Of a stretch of DNA of 26,615 bases, positions 12,930 through 23,821 are shown piece by piece. The translations under genes and the position numbers were made by a program. The notes under the pieces are model-generated. The model made no database searches. It worked only from the letters and a program-made list of their open reading frames with translations, and was not told where the DNA came from. The stretch comes from Chiloscyllium plagiosum (lineage: Eukaryota). The DNA is taken from NCBI RefSeq assembly GCF_004010195.1, contig NC_057718.1:83222669-83249283 (forward strand), given 5' to 3'. How positions within the stretch are numbered: the stretch's first letter is position 1; each line of letters starts with the position of its first letter.

Positions 12930-13385
12930 GATTTTAAAACCGTTTTGGTCACCATAGTCAAGAACCATTCAGGGATTCTTGAGGTTGTAGAGGAGATTTA
13001 CAGAATAGTTTGGGATGATGGATTTTACGCAGGTTGGAAAAGCTGTCATTGATCTTCTTGATGCAAAATGATTCAGGAGAGATATAATAGGGGCTAACAA
13101 AATTACGACAAATTTAAATGGTTGTTGGAAGATACAAGGAACACAGATTTAAGGCTTTTGGAAGAGAAATGGGGGTATTAGGCAGAACTTTCTTTTTTAA
13201 ACACCCAAAGAGTAATGACCTGGATCTGTGTTTTATAGGGGAGGTGAAGCAGAACCGTCAATAATTTCGAAAGAAAAACGGATGTGCCCTTGACGAACAA
13301 ACATTTTGCAGAGTTAGTGAGATAGGGCAGGAGAAGGGACTGGATTGCTACACAGACAGCCAGCATGGTCTCGAATGGCTCAGTA
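12930..13385 (+). mobile_element. Degenerate CR1 3' end
   Basis: gttgtagaggagatttacagaat (VQRRFTR-like), acacagatttaagg (HRFK), UTR gacagccagcatgg...gaatggc. Confidence 0.65.
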
Positions 13386-13665
13386 ATGAGTCTAGGTCGC
13401 TTTGATGAACCAAACTTGGTTTGGGAGAACTAGGTACCTTTCCTTCATCCACAGAAACAGGTAAACAGAATACAGTATTACACTATCCAGTAATATCACC
13501 AGAAGACACAGTGATGAGAGGAACAAGTAATATTACCTAAATATCTGGATGGATCCGCCAAAAACAGTATTGCGGTGGTGAGTAGCAAGTCTGAACACAG
13601 AAGTGTGTGTTTTTCTGTCAGCCACATAAAGACAGTGTAGGTTTAAAAATGCACGCAGTGATTAA

Positions 13666-13930
13666 ACGGCGGGTGCCAGCGGCGCAGTGATGGCGGGATC
13701 CCAGAACATGGAGGCCGCCGGCGGTTCAAACACAAACAAACCACCGACTTCAATCAACCACCACCACAGGGGACCGCCTCGAGCATGGGCCGTGCCCACA
13801 GTTAGTCGGAAAACTTCACTTTTTGCTTTCTACTCGTATTTTTTCCCCCCAAACAAACCAAGATTTCATCTGGCGAAGCGGCCAACCGCCGTTCCCATGG
13901 AAACGATGGCGGTTGGAACACGCGCTGGGC
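13666..13930. promoter_or_regulatory. CpG-rich non-repeat patch, candidate promoter/first exon of the CDKL gene
   Basis: Local cluster of CpGs (ggcggg, gcggcgc, gccgccggcgg, cgcgc) in otherwise CpG-poor DNA, not part of any recognisable transposon, upstream of the CDKL exon, and containing an X-box. Confidence 0.6.
13891..13904. promoter_or_regulatory. RFX X-box motif GTTCCCATGGAAAC
   Basis: Matches the palindromic X-box consensus GTTNCCATGGNAAC; flanked by a 9-bp inverted repeat (13882-13890 / 13908-13916). Confidence 0.7.
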
Positions 13931-14190
13931 AAAGAGAGGGATGGAGGGTGGTTGGGAGACATGGGGAGCATCTCAAAGGAAAAGAAGAGAATGATTCAAG
14001 GGAAACGATGTTTATGGAAAGGGAATATGGGAAGAAGTGAGTTGAGTGATGAGGGGGGTGGAATGGGGAAGAAGGAACAGGAGTGAGGGAGAATCTAGAG
14101 TGGGGAAGGGAAGGAGTGAGACAAGTGATGGGGAGAGGCAGAGGGACAGCTGAGGGGAGGGAGAAAGTGTGCAAGGGATAAAGAGAGGTA
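13930..14190 (+). repeat. Purine-rich (G/A) low-complexity tract
   Basis: Long GA-rich run directly flanking the CpG patch. Confidence 0.6.
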
Positions 14191-14228
14191 GCCTATATAT
14201 AAAGAAATTATCAATGGGTTTTGTACAA

Positions 14229-14378
14229 TGGAGTCAAGTACTTGGATAGGAGAAAGTGAGGACTGCAGATGCTGGAGATCAGAGTTGAGAGTGTGGCGCT
14301 GGAAAAGCACAGCAGGTCAAGCAGCATGAAAGGAACAGGAGAGTCAACATTTCGAGCATAAGCTCTTTTGTCAGGAAT
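14229..14378 (-). mobile_element. Short Penelope-type element (monomeric copy)
   Basis: Same sequence family as 9841-9949; minus strand attcctgacaaaagagcttatgctcgaaatgttg is a decayed hammerhead core. Confidence 0.75.
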
Positions 14379-15304
14379 ATGATGATAGCTCTTTGATTTG
14401 TAAAACCTTGTTAAAAGAGAAACCACACATTTGCTCTTTGCCCTTCTGTGCAGAGAAATAAAAGGAAATTCCTGGATTATTCATCCTCAGCTTCCTCTGT
14501 TAAGTCAATCTTTCTGCAAGCCTCCTGTTGGAAGGACAAGGGAAATAAGCACCTGCAGGAGGCACTAACAATCAGTGCATCTTACAACTTCATGTCATTT
14601 GCAAAGAACTGAGATGATTTTAAAGAAAATAAAACTCACCAGCATATGATCAAGGCTGGTACCAAAATTGTGTTTCTCTTTCCCTCCTCCACCACACCAC
14701 AATATTGGTGCCTTGTCTTTTCGTGTTTGTATGTACATGGCATTTTAAGAAAGGGTCGAATTGAAGTTATAGATTAGGAATTCAATTTATTTAATTTTGC
14801 CATTGATTATAAACAGTTTGATTACAATAAAAAAAATCCTTAAAAGAAACTGGTATGAATATTTGCCAATTAGGTAAAATTGGCAATTCAGTGGCTTAAT
14901 CAAATTCTCACTTGTGATGACTCCAAGAATAGTGCAGCTTGATTTCCAGCACAATATCCCAGTCAGTTGTGACACTTTATCGATGCTAGTGTGAGAGATT
15001 TGCAGGATTTTGCAGAGGTATAAATCATGATATTTCAGTGATCTTTGCTGTACATTATTCATGCCTCAAATGCATACAGGAGGACAGTAACACTGCCGGC
15101 ATGTAGAGCATAAGTTTGGTGTCAGGTTTGAGGTTTTTTTTCATCAAAACTGTACTCCTCAATCAAAAGATATGTGGTAGGGAAAGCGGGAACAGGCAAC
15201 TGAGTTGGATGATCATAAACAAATGGGGAGCAGGTTCAAAGAGCTGAATGGCCAACAGCTACTCATACTTTCCTCAAGAAACCTGTCAAGATACCAATTC
15301 CTTA

Positions 15305-15460
15305 GCGAGTTTTGAGAAGATTTATAGCTCAGGTTGAGGTTATGGATGTAGCTGGAAGGTTCATTTTCAGATGTTTCGTCACCATACTAGGTAACATCTT
15401 CAGTGAGCCTCTGGATGAAGCACTGGTGGTGTAGTCCGCTTTCTATTTATATGTTTGAAA
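15305..15460 (-). mobile_element. Penelope-like terminal fragment with hammerhead motif at 15367-15406
   Basis: Minus strand TCA-CTGAAGA-t-GTTACC-tagtat-GGTGAC-GAA-ACAT-C-TGA. Confidence 0.65.
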
Positions 15461-15790
15461 AAAGCGGGCTACACAATCCTTCTTGAAATCATACAATATT
15501 TTGGCCTCAACTGCTTTCTGTGGCAGTGAATTCCACAGGCTCACCACTCTCTGGTGAAAGTAGTTTCTCATCAGTCCTAAATGCAACCTTTATTGCTGCC
15601 AATTTCCAACATTATATTCAAACTTACGTCTCTTTGTTCCTACACTACTTCAAAATGGTACTGCTATATTTATATTGGTGATCGTTCTCCCTACTGCTGT
15701 ATTTATATTGATCATGGTTCTCCCTACAGAAATATATCACTTCAGAGTTGTGTTAACTTGCATCAGCTACCTGTCCAATTTACCAGTCTG

Positions 15791-16084
15791 GGTTAGAGGG
15801 CAAAGGTTTAAAGTGAGAGGGGAAAGATTTAAAAGGGACCTAAGGGGCAACTTTTCCACACAGAGGGTGTTGCGTGTATGGAATGAGCTGCCAGAGGAAG
15901 TGATGGAGGCAGGTACAATTACAACATTTATAAGGCATTTGGATGGGTATATGAATAGGAAGGATTTAGAGGGATATGGGCCAAATGCTGGCAAATCAGA
16001 CTAGATTAAGTTAGGATATCTGGTCATCATGAACAAGTTGGACCAAAGGGTCTGTTTCAGTGCTGTGCATCTCTATGACTATGA
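15791..16084 (+). mobile_element. CR1/HER1-type LINE 3' end
   Basis: RGQRFKVRGERFKRDLRGNFSTQRVLRVWNELPEEV...; tail ctctatgactatga. Confidence 0.88.
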
Positions 16085-16715
16085 AATTCTCCATATTACT
16101 ACTGGTTTAAAAAAAATACACAAACTTTGAAATCGTACCCTATATATCCTGCTACTCCAATGTTCATGTCACACTCCCCAAAACTCTTAGCTCTCACTGA
16201 GGGGTCATGACAATTTTCAAACCTCAAAATGGAGTTAGAGGAAAAACGCTTTCAACCCTGCTAAAACCTTTAATACCTCCTCTTTCTCCTTGTTAATTCA
16301 TTCAAGTATATCACAGCTCTCCTCCCTGATTATTATATCTACTTCATCTTTCTCTAAAATGAATATAAATGCAAAGACTCATTTAAAACTCAGTTGTGTC
16401 TTCTATCACCACACACACATACTGCCACTTTGGCTCCTAATTTGTTAAGTAGAAACAAAGTAAAGATGGCAGGGCATGTGGGTACTTCTGGATATTAGAG
16501 CACATTACAGCACATTACAGCAACCACATCTACAGTTTAAGGAACGTAAGCTCAGAGTTGATCATCTGAAGTTCAAGCTAGATGTGCAGAAAGGAATGCA
16601 ATTGTAATAGTGTAGAGAATCTACATTGTTTTTAGCATAAGCATGAGTCCTGAATGTTGTGTTGCCAACCTGTGCCAGGGATAAGGATATTTCCTTGGGA
16701 CTGAATAGGAACTTA

Positions 16716-18105
16716 GAATCATACAGCACAGAAACAGACCAACCAGTCCAAGCTGAACATAATCTCGAACTAAACTAGTCCCACCTGCTGCTCCTAGCCC
16801 AAATCACTCCAAACCTTTCCTATTCATGTATCCATCCAAATTTGTTTTAAACATTGTAATTGTATCCACATCGACCACTTCCTTAGGAAGTTATGTGAAC
16901 ACCTTCATGTCTTTTTTTAATTTCTCTCTCCTCTCACCTTAAAAATATACCCCCTAACCTTGAAATTCCCCATCCTAGGTAAAAGACAACTACCATCAAC
17001 TCTATCTATACCTCTCATTATTTGATAAATTTCTATCAAGTCACTTGTCAATCTCCTATGCTCCAGTGAAAAGAAGTCCCAGCCTTTCTTTATAACACAA
17101 ACCTTCCGTACCCAGCAACATCCTAGTAAATCTCTTCTAAACCCTCTCCAACTTAATAATATCCATCTTATAACCAGTTAATCAGAACTAGACACTGTAT
17201 TCCAGAAGAGGCCTCACCAATGTCATGTACAACCTCAATAAGCCGTCCCAATTCCTATAGGCAAAAACGAGGAACGCAGATGCTGGAAATCAGAGTCTAG
17301 ATTAGAGTGGTGCTGGAAAAGCACAGCAGGTCAGGCAGCATCCGAGGAGCAGGAAAATCGACGTTTCGGGTAATGAATATTCCTGATGAAGGGCTTTTGC
17401 CCAAAATGTCGATTTTCCTGATCCTCAGATGCTGCCTGACCTGCTGTGCTTTTCCAGCACCACTCTAATCTAGTCTCAATTCCTATACTGAAAGGACGGA
17501 GCAATGAAGGCAAACTTGCCAAACGGCTTTTTACCCACCAAGTTTATATGTGACACAAAGTTTAAAAAATTGTGTACCTGCACCCCAGGTCCCTCTGTTC
17601 TACAACACTACTCAAGGACCTACCATTAATTGTATAAGCCCTACTCCTGTTTGTTTTACCGAAATTCAATACTTTGCATTTATCCAGATTGAACTCCATC
17701 TGCAATTGACCTCCATTGGCAATTGACCCATTGATCAAGATCTCTTCATAATCTTAGAAAACCATCTTCACTGTCCACTATACCACCAACTTTGGTGTCA
17801 TCTGTAAACTTACTAACCATGTCTCCTAAATTTCACATCTAAATCATTTATATATATGACAAACAAAAGTGGACCTAGTACCAATCCTCCAGTCCAAAAA
17901 ACAACCCTCCTCCACCATCCTCTGTCTCCTATATCAAGCCAATTTTCTATTTAATTGGCAAGGTCTCCTTCAATCCCATGTCATCTAACTTTACTAATTG
18001 GGCTACCATGTGGAATCTTGTCAAAGGCTTTCTAAAGTCCATGTAAACAACATCTATCTGTGCCCTCATCAATCTTTTTGATTACTTCCTCAAAAAACTC
18101 AGAAA
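16716..18105 (-). mobile_element. CR1 ORF2 RT to 3' end, split by a fold-back element at 17260-17476
   Basis: Minus strand YMDFRK/AFDKIPHG, SKFTDDTKVG and LVRPLLEYSV motifs; HER1-type UTR. Confidence 0.82.
17260..17476. mobile_element. Short fold-back Penelope-type element with 11-bp TSD and hammerhead core
   Basis: TSD CAATTCCTATA at 17249-17259 and 17477-17487; inverted arms ~17293-17370 / ~17400-17477; central CTGATGAagggcttttgccc(a)aaatgtc. Confidence 0.85.
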
Positions 18106-18107
18106 AG

Positions 18108-18250
18108 TTTGTGGATGTGGTGCCAATCAAACGGGCTACTTTGTCCTGGATGTTTCAAGTTTCTTGAATGGTTTTGGAACTGCACTCACCCAGCCAAGGG
18201 GGAAGTATTGCTTCACATTCCTGACTTGTGCCTTGTAGATGGACAGGCTT
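18108..18250 (-). mobile_element. Short fragment of a different CR1-like LINE
   Basis: Minus strand IYKAQVRNVKQYFPLGWVSAVPKPFKKLETSRTK-like segment. Confidence 0.6.
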
Positions 18251-19164
18251 TGAGTTACTTCAACTCCTCAGAGTGTATTTCAGGTAAAGTTCAGTAATTT
18301 GGAGCCTTAATGTTGTGTGTGATTTGGAATGAACCCATGGTTTTCTGTTTATTCTGACATAAATGCTGTCTTCTTTTACAATCAAAATATTGCCGCCATC
18401 TACTTCCAACATTCCTCCATTGTTAGGATACCATAATTCATGTTTTTTTTCTGCTTCTCTAATATTCTTCCTGCCTCCTCTCATCTAGAAATTCTATTAC
18501 ATTCAGATGCTGCTAATTACGTCTTTACCAGCTTTAAGCACCACACATCCATCACCCAGCTCTTGCCAGGATCTTTGTTGTTACTTCCACGGACAAACCT
18601 ACACTAAGCTTCAGCTGCTTGTTTCTTTTCAAATCCTCTGTATTTTGAAAATAGTCTGCTCTTATTCACCATTCTTTCAACTTCAGTTCAAGTCAACATT
18701 TCTGTGCCTTCTGGAACATTCTTAAATCCCATCCCTTCAAATTTCTTCCCAGTGATTTTGAAACAGCCTGCACCCATCCCTTCTGTCAGCTAGGTGTCCA
18801 TTTGTTGTTCTTCCCTTTATTAATTGCCTGGAGATAGCTTTCTGGTAAAACTGTAGTTTTGAAATGTTGCTACCACTGCTGTTTACATGGTTAGGTTATG
18901 CTAGTCATTATCAAGGCAGATGGGAATAAGAAAGTGCACTCAGACTATATATCCACTCCTGTTAGCATTCAGATGTTCCTTATGGGGAAATAAAAAGCTT
19001 TTTTTTAAAAGAAAGATTGTTTTGTGTGAACCTATTACTTACAAGATAATACTTTAGAACTATTAAAAGTAGGTTTCCTCACTGTGAAGAGTTTAGTAAA
19101 AGGTCCAGACCAGATATAAATGATTATACCTCTGAAAGGATTATTTCAGGCCAAGAAAGGGTCA

Positions 19165-20136
19165 CGACGTACTGAGGTTCTACCTGTCCCCGGTGTTGCA
19201 AAGGATGGGCCTGGCCTCGCTGCCGTGGAATGCTCCGAGTAGTTGCACCGTTCCGTATCACCTGTCCTCCGTGGAGAAATTTATGAAGAAAAACACCTTT
19301 AACCACAAGTCCACCAGGAAGTGGTCAGCACATAGTGTCCTTGAGACCCTTCGGGAAAAGGAAAGGGTGGATCCTATCGAGTGGTTCCCTGAGCAGACTG
19401 TCAAAGCCATTTGGCAGAATGCCTCATCGCCAGAACTTTCCAACAAGCACCAAGACATGGCTTGGCTGGTGGTGAGAAGGGCTCTGCCTGTGAGATTGTT
19501 TATTCACGCCCGGACTCTCTGCTGCACCGCAAGCTGCCCTCGAAGCGACTGCGGGGGGGAACGAGACTGTCACACACCTCCTTTTGGAATGTGCCTACGC
19601 AGAAGAAGTCTGGAGAGGAATGCAGTGGTGTTTGTCGAGGTTCGTCCCAAGCAGCGCCGTGACGCGGGACTCCGTGCTCTACGGTCTGTTCCCCGGGACG
19701 CACACCGAGACGAACATCAACTGTGCCTGGAGGATCATCAACTCGGTCAAAGACGCTTTCTGGGTGGTCCGAAACCTGTTGATCTTCCAGCTGAAGGGGT
19801 TGACCCCGACTGAGTGTTGCGGACTGGCACTTTCCAAGATCCAGGGCTACGTGTTGAGGGATGCGCTGAAGCTTGGGGCAGCTGCCGCCAAGGCGCGGTG
19901 GGGAAAGACCACCGTGTTACGTCTGCCTGCCAAAGAACAGGGGTCCCACGCAGTAAGGGGGCTCCGCTGACACCTCAGCTAAATATATGGATAGTAAATG
20001 TACAGACCTGTATATATGAATGATACTCGATCTCTGTATGCAAAGAAATGGAATGTTTATATATGTATGGCATGACCAATTGTACAGATCATCAAAGTAT
20101 TTTATGAATAAAGTATATTTTTGAATAAAAAATATT
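19165..20136 (+). mobile_element. 5'-truncated Tx1-clade non-LTR retrotransposon (ORF2 C-terminus + 3' UTR), relatively young
   Basis: ORFs 19193-19813 and 19584-19970 join with one frameshift near the G run at 19553-19560: ...LSNKHQDMAWLVVRRALPVR...CPRSDCGG-ETVTHLLLEC... (zf-RVT CCHC); CpG-rich; AATAAA and A tail at 20107-20132; candidate TSD AGGGTCA at 19158-19164 and 20137-20143. Confidence 0.82.
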
Positions 20137-20332
20137 AGGGTCAGGGAGAAACAATCAGATTCTCAAGAGAGAGAGTTGGAGAACTGTGGGTTGAAGCTAC
20201 CAAAAGCTTATTTTAAGTTCTGTTGGGTTGATAGAGATAGGAATTCTCTTTGGTGTGAGCACTGTAAGGGACTACTTTTAGGACTAAGGGGATTGTAGTT
20301 TTACCAGATGCTTCAAAATATTCAAATGTGAT

Positions 20333-21410
20333 ATAGAGTCATACTACAGCGCGGAAACTGACTCTTGGGTCCAACTCATCCATGCTGACCAGATATCCTA
20401 AATGAACGAAGTCCCATTTATCAGCACTTGGCCCATATCCTTCCACACCCTTCCTATTCATATACCCATCCAGGTACCTTTTAAATGTTGTAACTGTACC
20501 CCCTCCCCACCACTTCCTCTGGCAGCTGGTTCAATGTACACACCACCATCTGCACAAAAAGGTTGTCCCTTAGATCCCTTTCAAATCTTTCCCCTCTCAC
20601 CTTAAACCTATGCCCTCTAGTTCTGAACTCGCCCACCTCAGGGAAAAGACTTTGTCTATTTATCCTATCCATGCCCCTCATCATTTTATAAACCTCTATA
20701 AAGTCACCTCTCAGCCTTCGATGCTCCAGGGAAAACAGCCCCAGCCTGTTCAGCCTCTCCCTATAGTTCAAACCCTGGCAACATCCTTGTAAATCTTTTC
20801 TGAACTCTTTCCAGTTTCACAACATCCTTCCCATAGGAAGAAGACCAGGATTCCACACAATAATCCAAAAATGGCTTAACCAATGTCCTGTACAGCCACA
20901 ACATGACCTCCCAACTCCTATATTCAATACTCTGACCAATAAAGGTAAGCATACAAAATGCCTTCTTCATTATCCTATCTACTTGTGACTACTTTCAAGG
21001 AGCTATGAACCCACACTACACCCAAACTCTCTGTTCAGCAACATTCCCCAGGACCTTACCATTAAGTGTATAAGTCCTGCCCTGATTTGCCTTTCCAAAA
21101 TGCAGCACCTTGCATTTATCTAAATTAAACACCATCTGCCACTCCTCAGCCCAGTGGTCCACCTGATCAAGATCTCATTGCAATCGGAGGTAACCTTCGT
21201 CGCTGTCCACTACACGTCCAATTTTGGTGTTGTTTACAAACTTACTAACTATATCTACTATGTTCACATCCAATAACAAAAAGCAGTGGACTCAGCACCA
21301 ATCCTTGTGGCACATCACTGGTCACAGGCCTCCAGTCTGAAAAACAACCCTCCACCACCACACTCTGCCTTTTAACTTCAAACCAGTTCTGATCCAAATG
21401 GCTAGTTCTC
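20333..21410 (-). mobile_element. CR1/HER1-type LINE, RT C-half to 3' end
   Basis: ORFs 21245-21439 (SDVPQGLVLSPLLF), 20761-20970 and 20481-20771 (ERLNRLGLFSLEHRRLRGD). Confidence 0.9.
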
Positions 21411-21763
21411 CCTTTTTTTAAACCATGTGTTCTAACCATGCTAATGTAAATAGCTAGGCTTAGTTTTTATTTTATCTTAATTTTGTTTTTGAAACATCTG
21501 TATTATTGTTAAATCCAACATCTGAGGCATCATAGACTTGTATTTCATTGAGATGCCACCTTACTAAAACAGAAAAAACACTATTGTCCAGTAGTATTAT
21601 CAGCTAGGATCATAAATGATTCACCATTCCAGGATTTTAACATCCAGTTGTCATAGTCCACATGTATGGTGACATAGGTAAGACTAAGAAAAATTATGTA
21701 TGACCAGGTTGGGATTTAACAAGCAGGAGCACAAAAGTGGATAACTACCCAAGTTAATTATAT

Positions 21764-22175
21764 TGTGGGGAAAATCACCAGTCACGGAGTCAGATTCTGG
21801 ATTCAATGACAGAGTTTATTGTCCAAAGAAACCAGAGCTCCAGAGAGAGACAGAGAGACGTCCGGCAGCACAGCTGTCAGCTGCGAGCCTTCTCTCACCC
21901 TCGGAACACATGTCATGATATTTTATACATTTCATGGTATAATGGTCCAAATATCGAGTCTTTGTTTGTACAGTATGGTTTGTTTACAGAAAACATTATA
22001 GAGTCATTGTCAGTTTCAGAGAATGTTAGAGTCATTGTCATTTTTAGCAGCTACGTGGAAGTCCATTGCTGCAGTAATTGGTCATGGTTATTCTTCCTGA
22101 GAAGGAAGATCGTTTTCCATTACTGCAAATCGAAGGTATTAACACTTGTGTACAAGCAGTCTCAGGTAGTTAACA
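21764..22175 (-). mobile_element. 3' LTR of endogenous retrovirus (412 bp)
   Basis: Minus strand starts TGTTAAC directly after a polypurine tract and ends CCCCACA (TGT...ACA); TATAAAA at 21921-21927; AATAAA at 21815-21820; 14-bp direct repeat in U3 (21999-22012, 22027-22040); lies downstream of env. Confidence 0.85.
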
Positions 22176-22187
22176 TTTCTCTCCCCC
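22176..22187 (-). other. Polypurine tract of the ERV
   Basis: GGGGGAGAGAAA on the minus strand immediately 5' of the LTR-initiating TG. Confidence 0.8.
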
Positions 22188-22471
22188 ACCTGCCTTAACC
22201 TAATTATCTATGTTCTGTTTCTATCATGTTGGTATTCTGCTGGCCTCAGACAGTATCTGTGTATGCTTTGCTGTACTTTTCCTCATAATGCCTCAGTGGC
22301 CATCTTGTATGCCAAGTGACCAACTTATGACTCAGCGGCCATCTTGTGTCTGTGTGCCCCATGTCAGCATACCCGGTGTCAAACCCCGCTTCACTCCCCA
22401 TTTGTGGTCAAGGAGGTGACTTCAGAGACCTCCATAAGACCACTCAACTCACATATAGAGGTATGCCTTTT

Positions 22472-23821
22472 CTAAGGTCTCCCCATCCCAAGGGGTGTCA
22501 AGGAGTCCGAGTTTCGCTGGGGGCTCTTCTTTGTGACACTTGCTTCTGGCATGGCCCACATCAGTAGCACCTTACAGCAAAGCTTTAAACACCCAAGGCC
22601 TCGGCAGAGTGAAATAAGGAGAACAATCCCGTGTGCTAAATAGTGTTTCCAGGATTTGCCTATCAGCCATTCTAGCCAGCTATCTCCTCCTGTGGCTTCT
22701 TGTCTGAAGGCATCTAGCTGGTCCTGAATGTTTTTTGATCACCTATGTAATATTGTAAGATTCATCAATGACATAGGATATACAGTTGTCACCAATGATG
22801 GTACATACTCCCCCTTGCTGGACTAACTGATAATCTACCACGTAACATGTCTGCTGTGTGTAAAGTCTGAGTTCAGCTAATTCACCACTGATTGCTTCTA
22901 GAGCCTTTGATGTATTGTTCCCTAAGATTGTCAATCCACACACAATATCGTTCTGGTTTTAGCCCTGATGACCCCTGCTGACTGCCCTCCAAAGACAGAG
23001 ATCCCAAAAACCCATACCACAATGATGATCCCAGCGTGGTGGGGATCTGCCAGTCAGCGCAGAATTCCCAGCTGATGGATCAGGTCACTATCCTTCACAA
23101 ACATGTCCCCCGCTGGGGCAGGATATAGTGAGGGGTCTGATTGTTCCTACTGCAAAAAGTTTCGGGAGGTTTGGTTTGTCAGTAGCACAAATCCCCTTAA
23201 ATAAGAAAATAAATCCCTCCGCTGCCCGATAGCATACAGTGTCCTGTTTCTGGGTCTGTTTGACTACCCATCTCACCTGACTCCCCATTTGTTCCCACCA
23301 GCTGGTAGATATCAAACAGGTGTGTCCATATGGCAGAGCCGATGTGAGTGCCATTGTCCGCATATAAACTGCCTTCCCATGGTCACGTTCAAGCATGCCT
23401 GCTCACTGATTGTACAGTGCTAGTGAGTACATTGTGTCTGCACGCATGAACTGTTTCTAGATAGCAGGGCATAAACACATCCCCATCCCTGCCCTGTGAA
23501 ACAGAGTGGGTAATCAGTGATCTTTTAAAGGTCTTTCTCTCCCCCTGTTGGGGTGCCCCGTGGGCTTGACTAATTCCACACACCTACCCTGGAGTTCCCT
23601 TTTGTATTTTCTTAGCTGTCCCTTACATGGCGTGCCCAAGGTATCTATTGTATGTAATTGCGAGGGGTTCACACATGGGTGATCACAAATAAAGATTGGA
23701 CCGATCGCGCCAGTGGGTAACAGAGTTCGGTTCCCATGTAAATTTAGGTGGGTTTTGTAAAAGAGGTTATCCTCAAATCCCAACCGGCTTCTGGCTATCA
23801 GAGCATTTAGGAACAGTAATA
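22472..23821 (-). pseudogene. env: Retroviral env relic (SU + TM), several stops and frameshifts; 5' end in the N gap
   Basis: TM heptad and ISD-like segment LEAISGELAELRLYTQQTCYVVDYQLVQQGGVCTIIGDNCISYV (ORF 22743-22943); fusion-peptide-like GSSLWYGFLGSLSL upstream in another frame; after a frameshift, Trp-rich DSWLEWLIGKSWKHY, hydrophobic anchor LAHGIVLLISLC and Cys-rich tail GCLKLCC ending at TAG 22472-22474. SU pieces in ORFs 23088-23396 and 23514-23821. Confidence 0.88.

Noticed and set aside
13687..14174. ORFs of 87-117 aa over the CpG patch and purine tract
   Set aside because: No recognisable domain; explained by GC-rich and low-complexity composition.
17260..17476. MITE / DNA-transposon interpretation of the fold-back elements
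   Set aside because: Arms are asymmetric (one end has an extra ~33 nt), monomeric copies exist, and the hammerhead core points to a Penelope-type retroelement.
22472..23821. Env as a domesticated, syncytin-like host gene
   Set aside because: Several in-frame stops and frameshifts in both SU and TM; no intact ORF at this locus.
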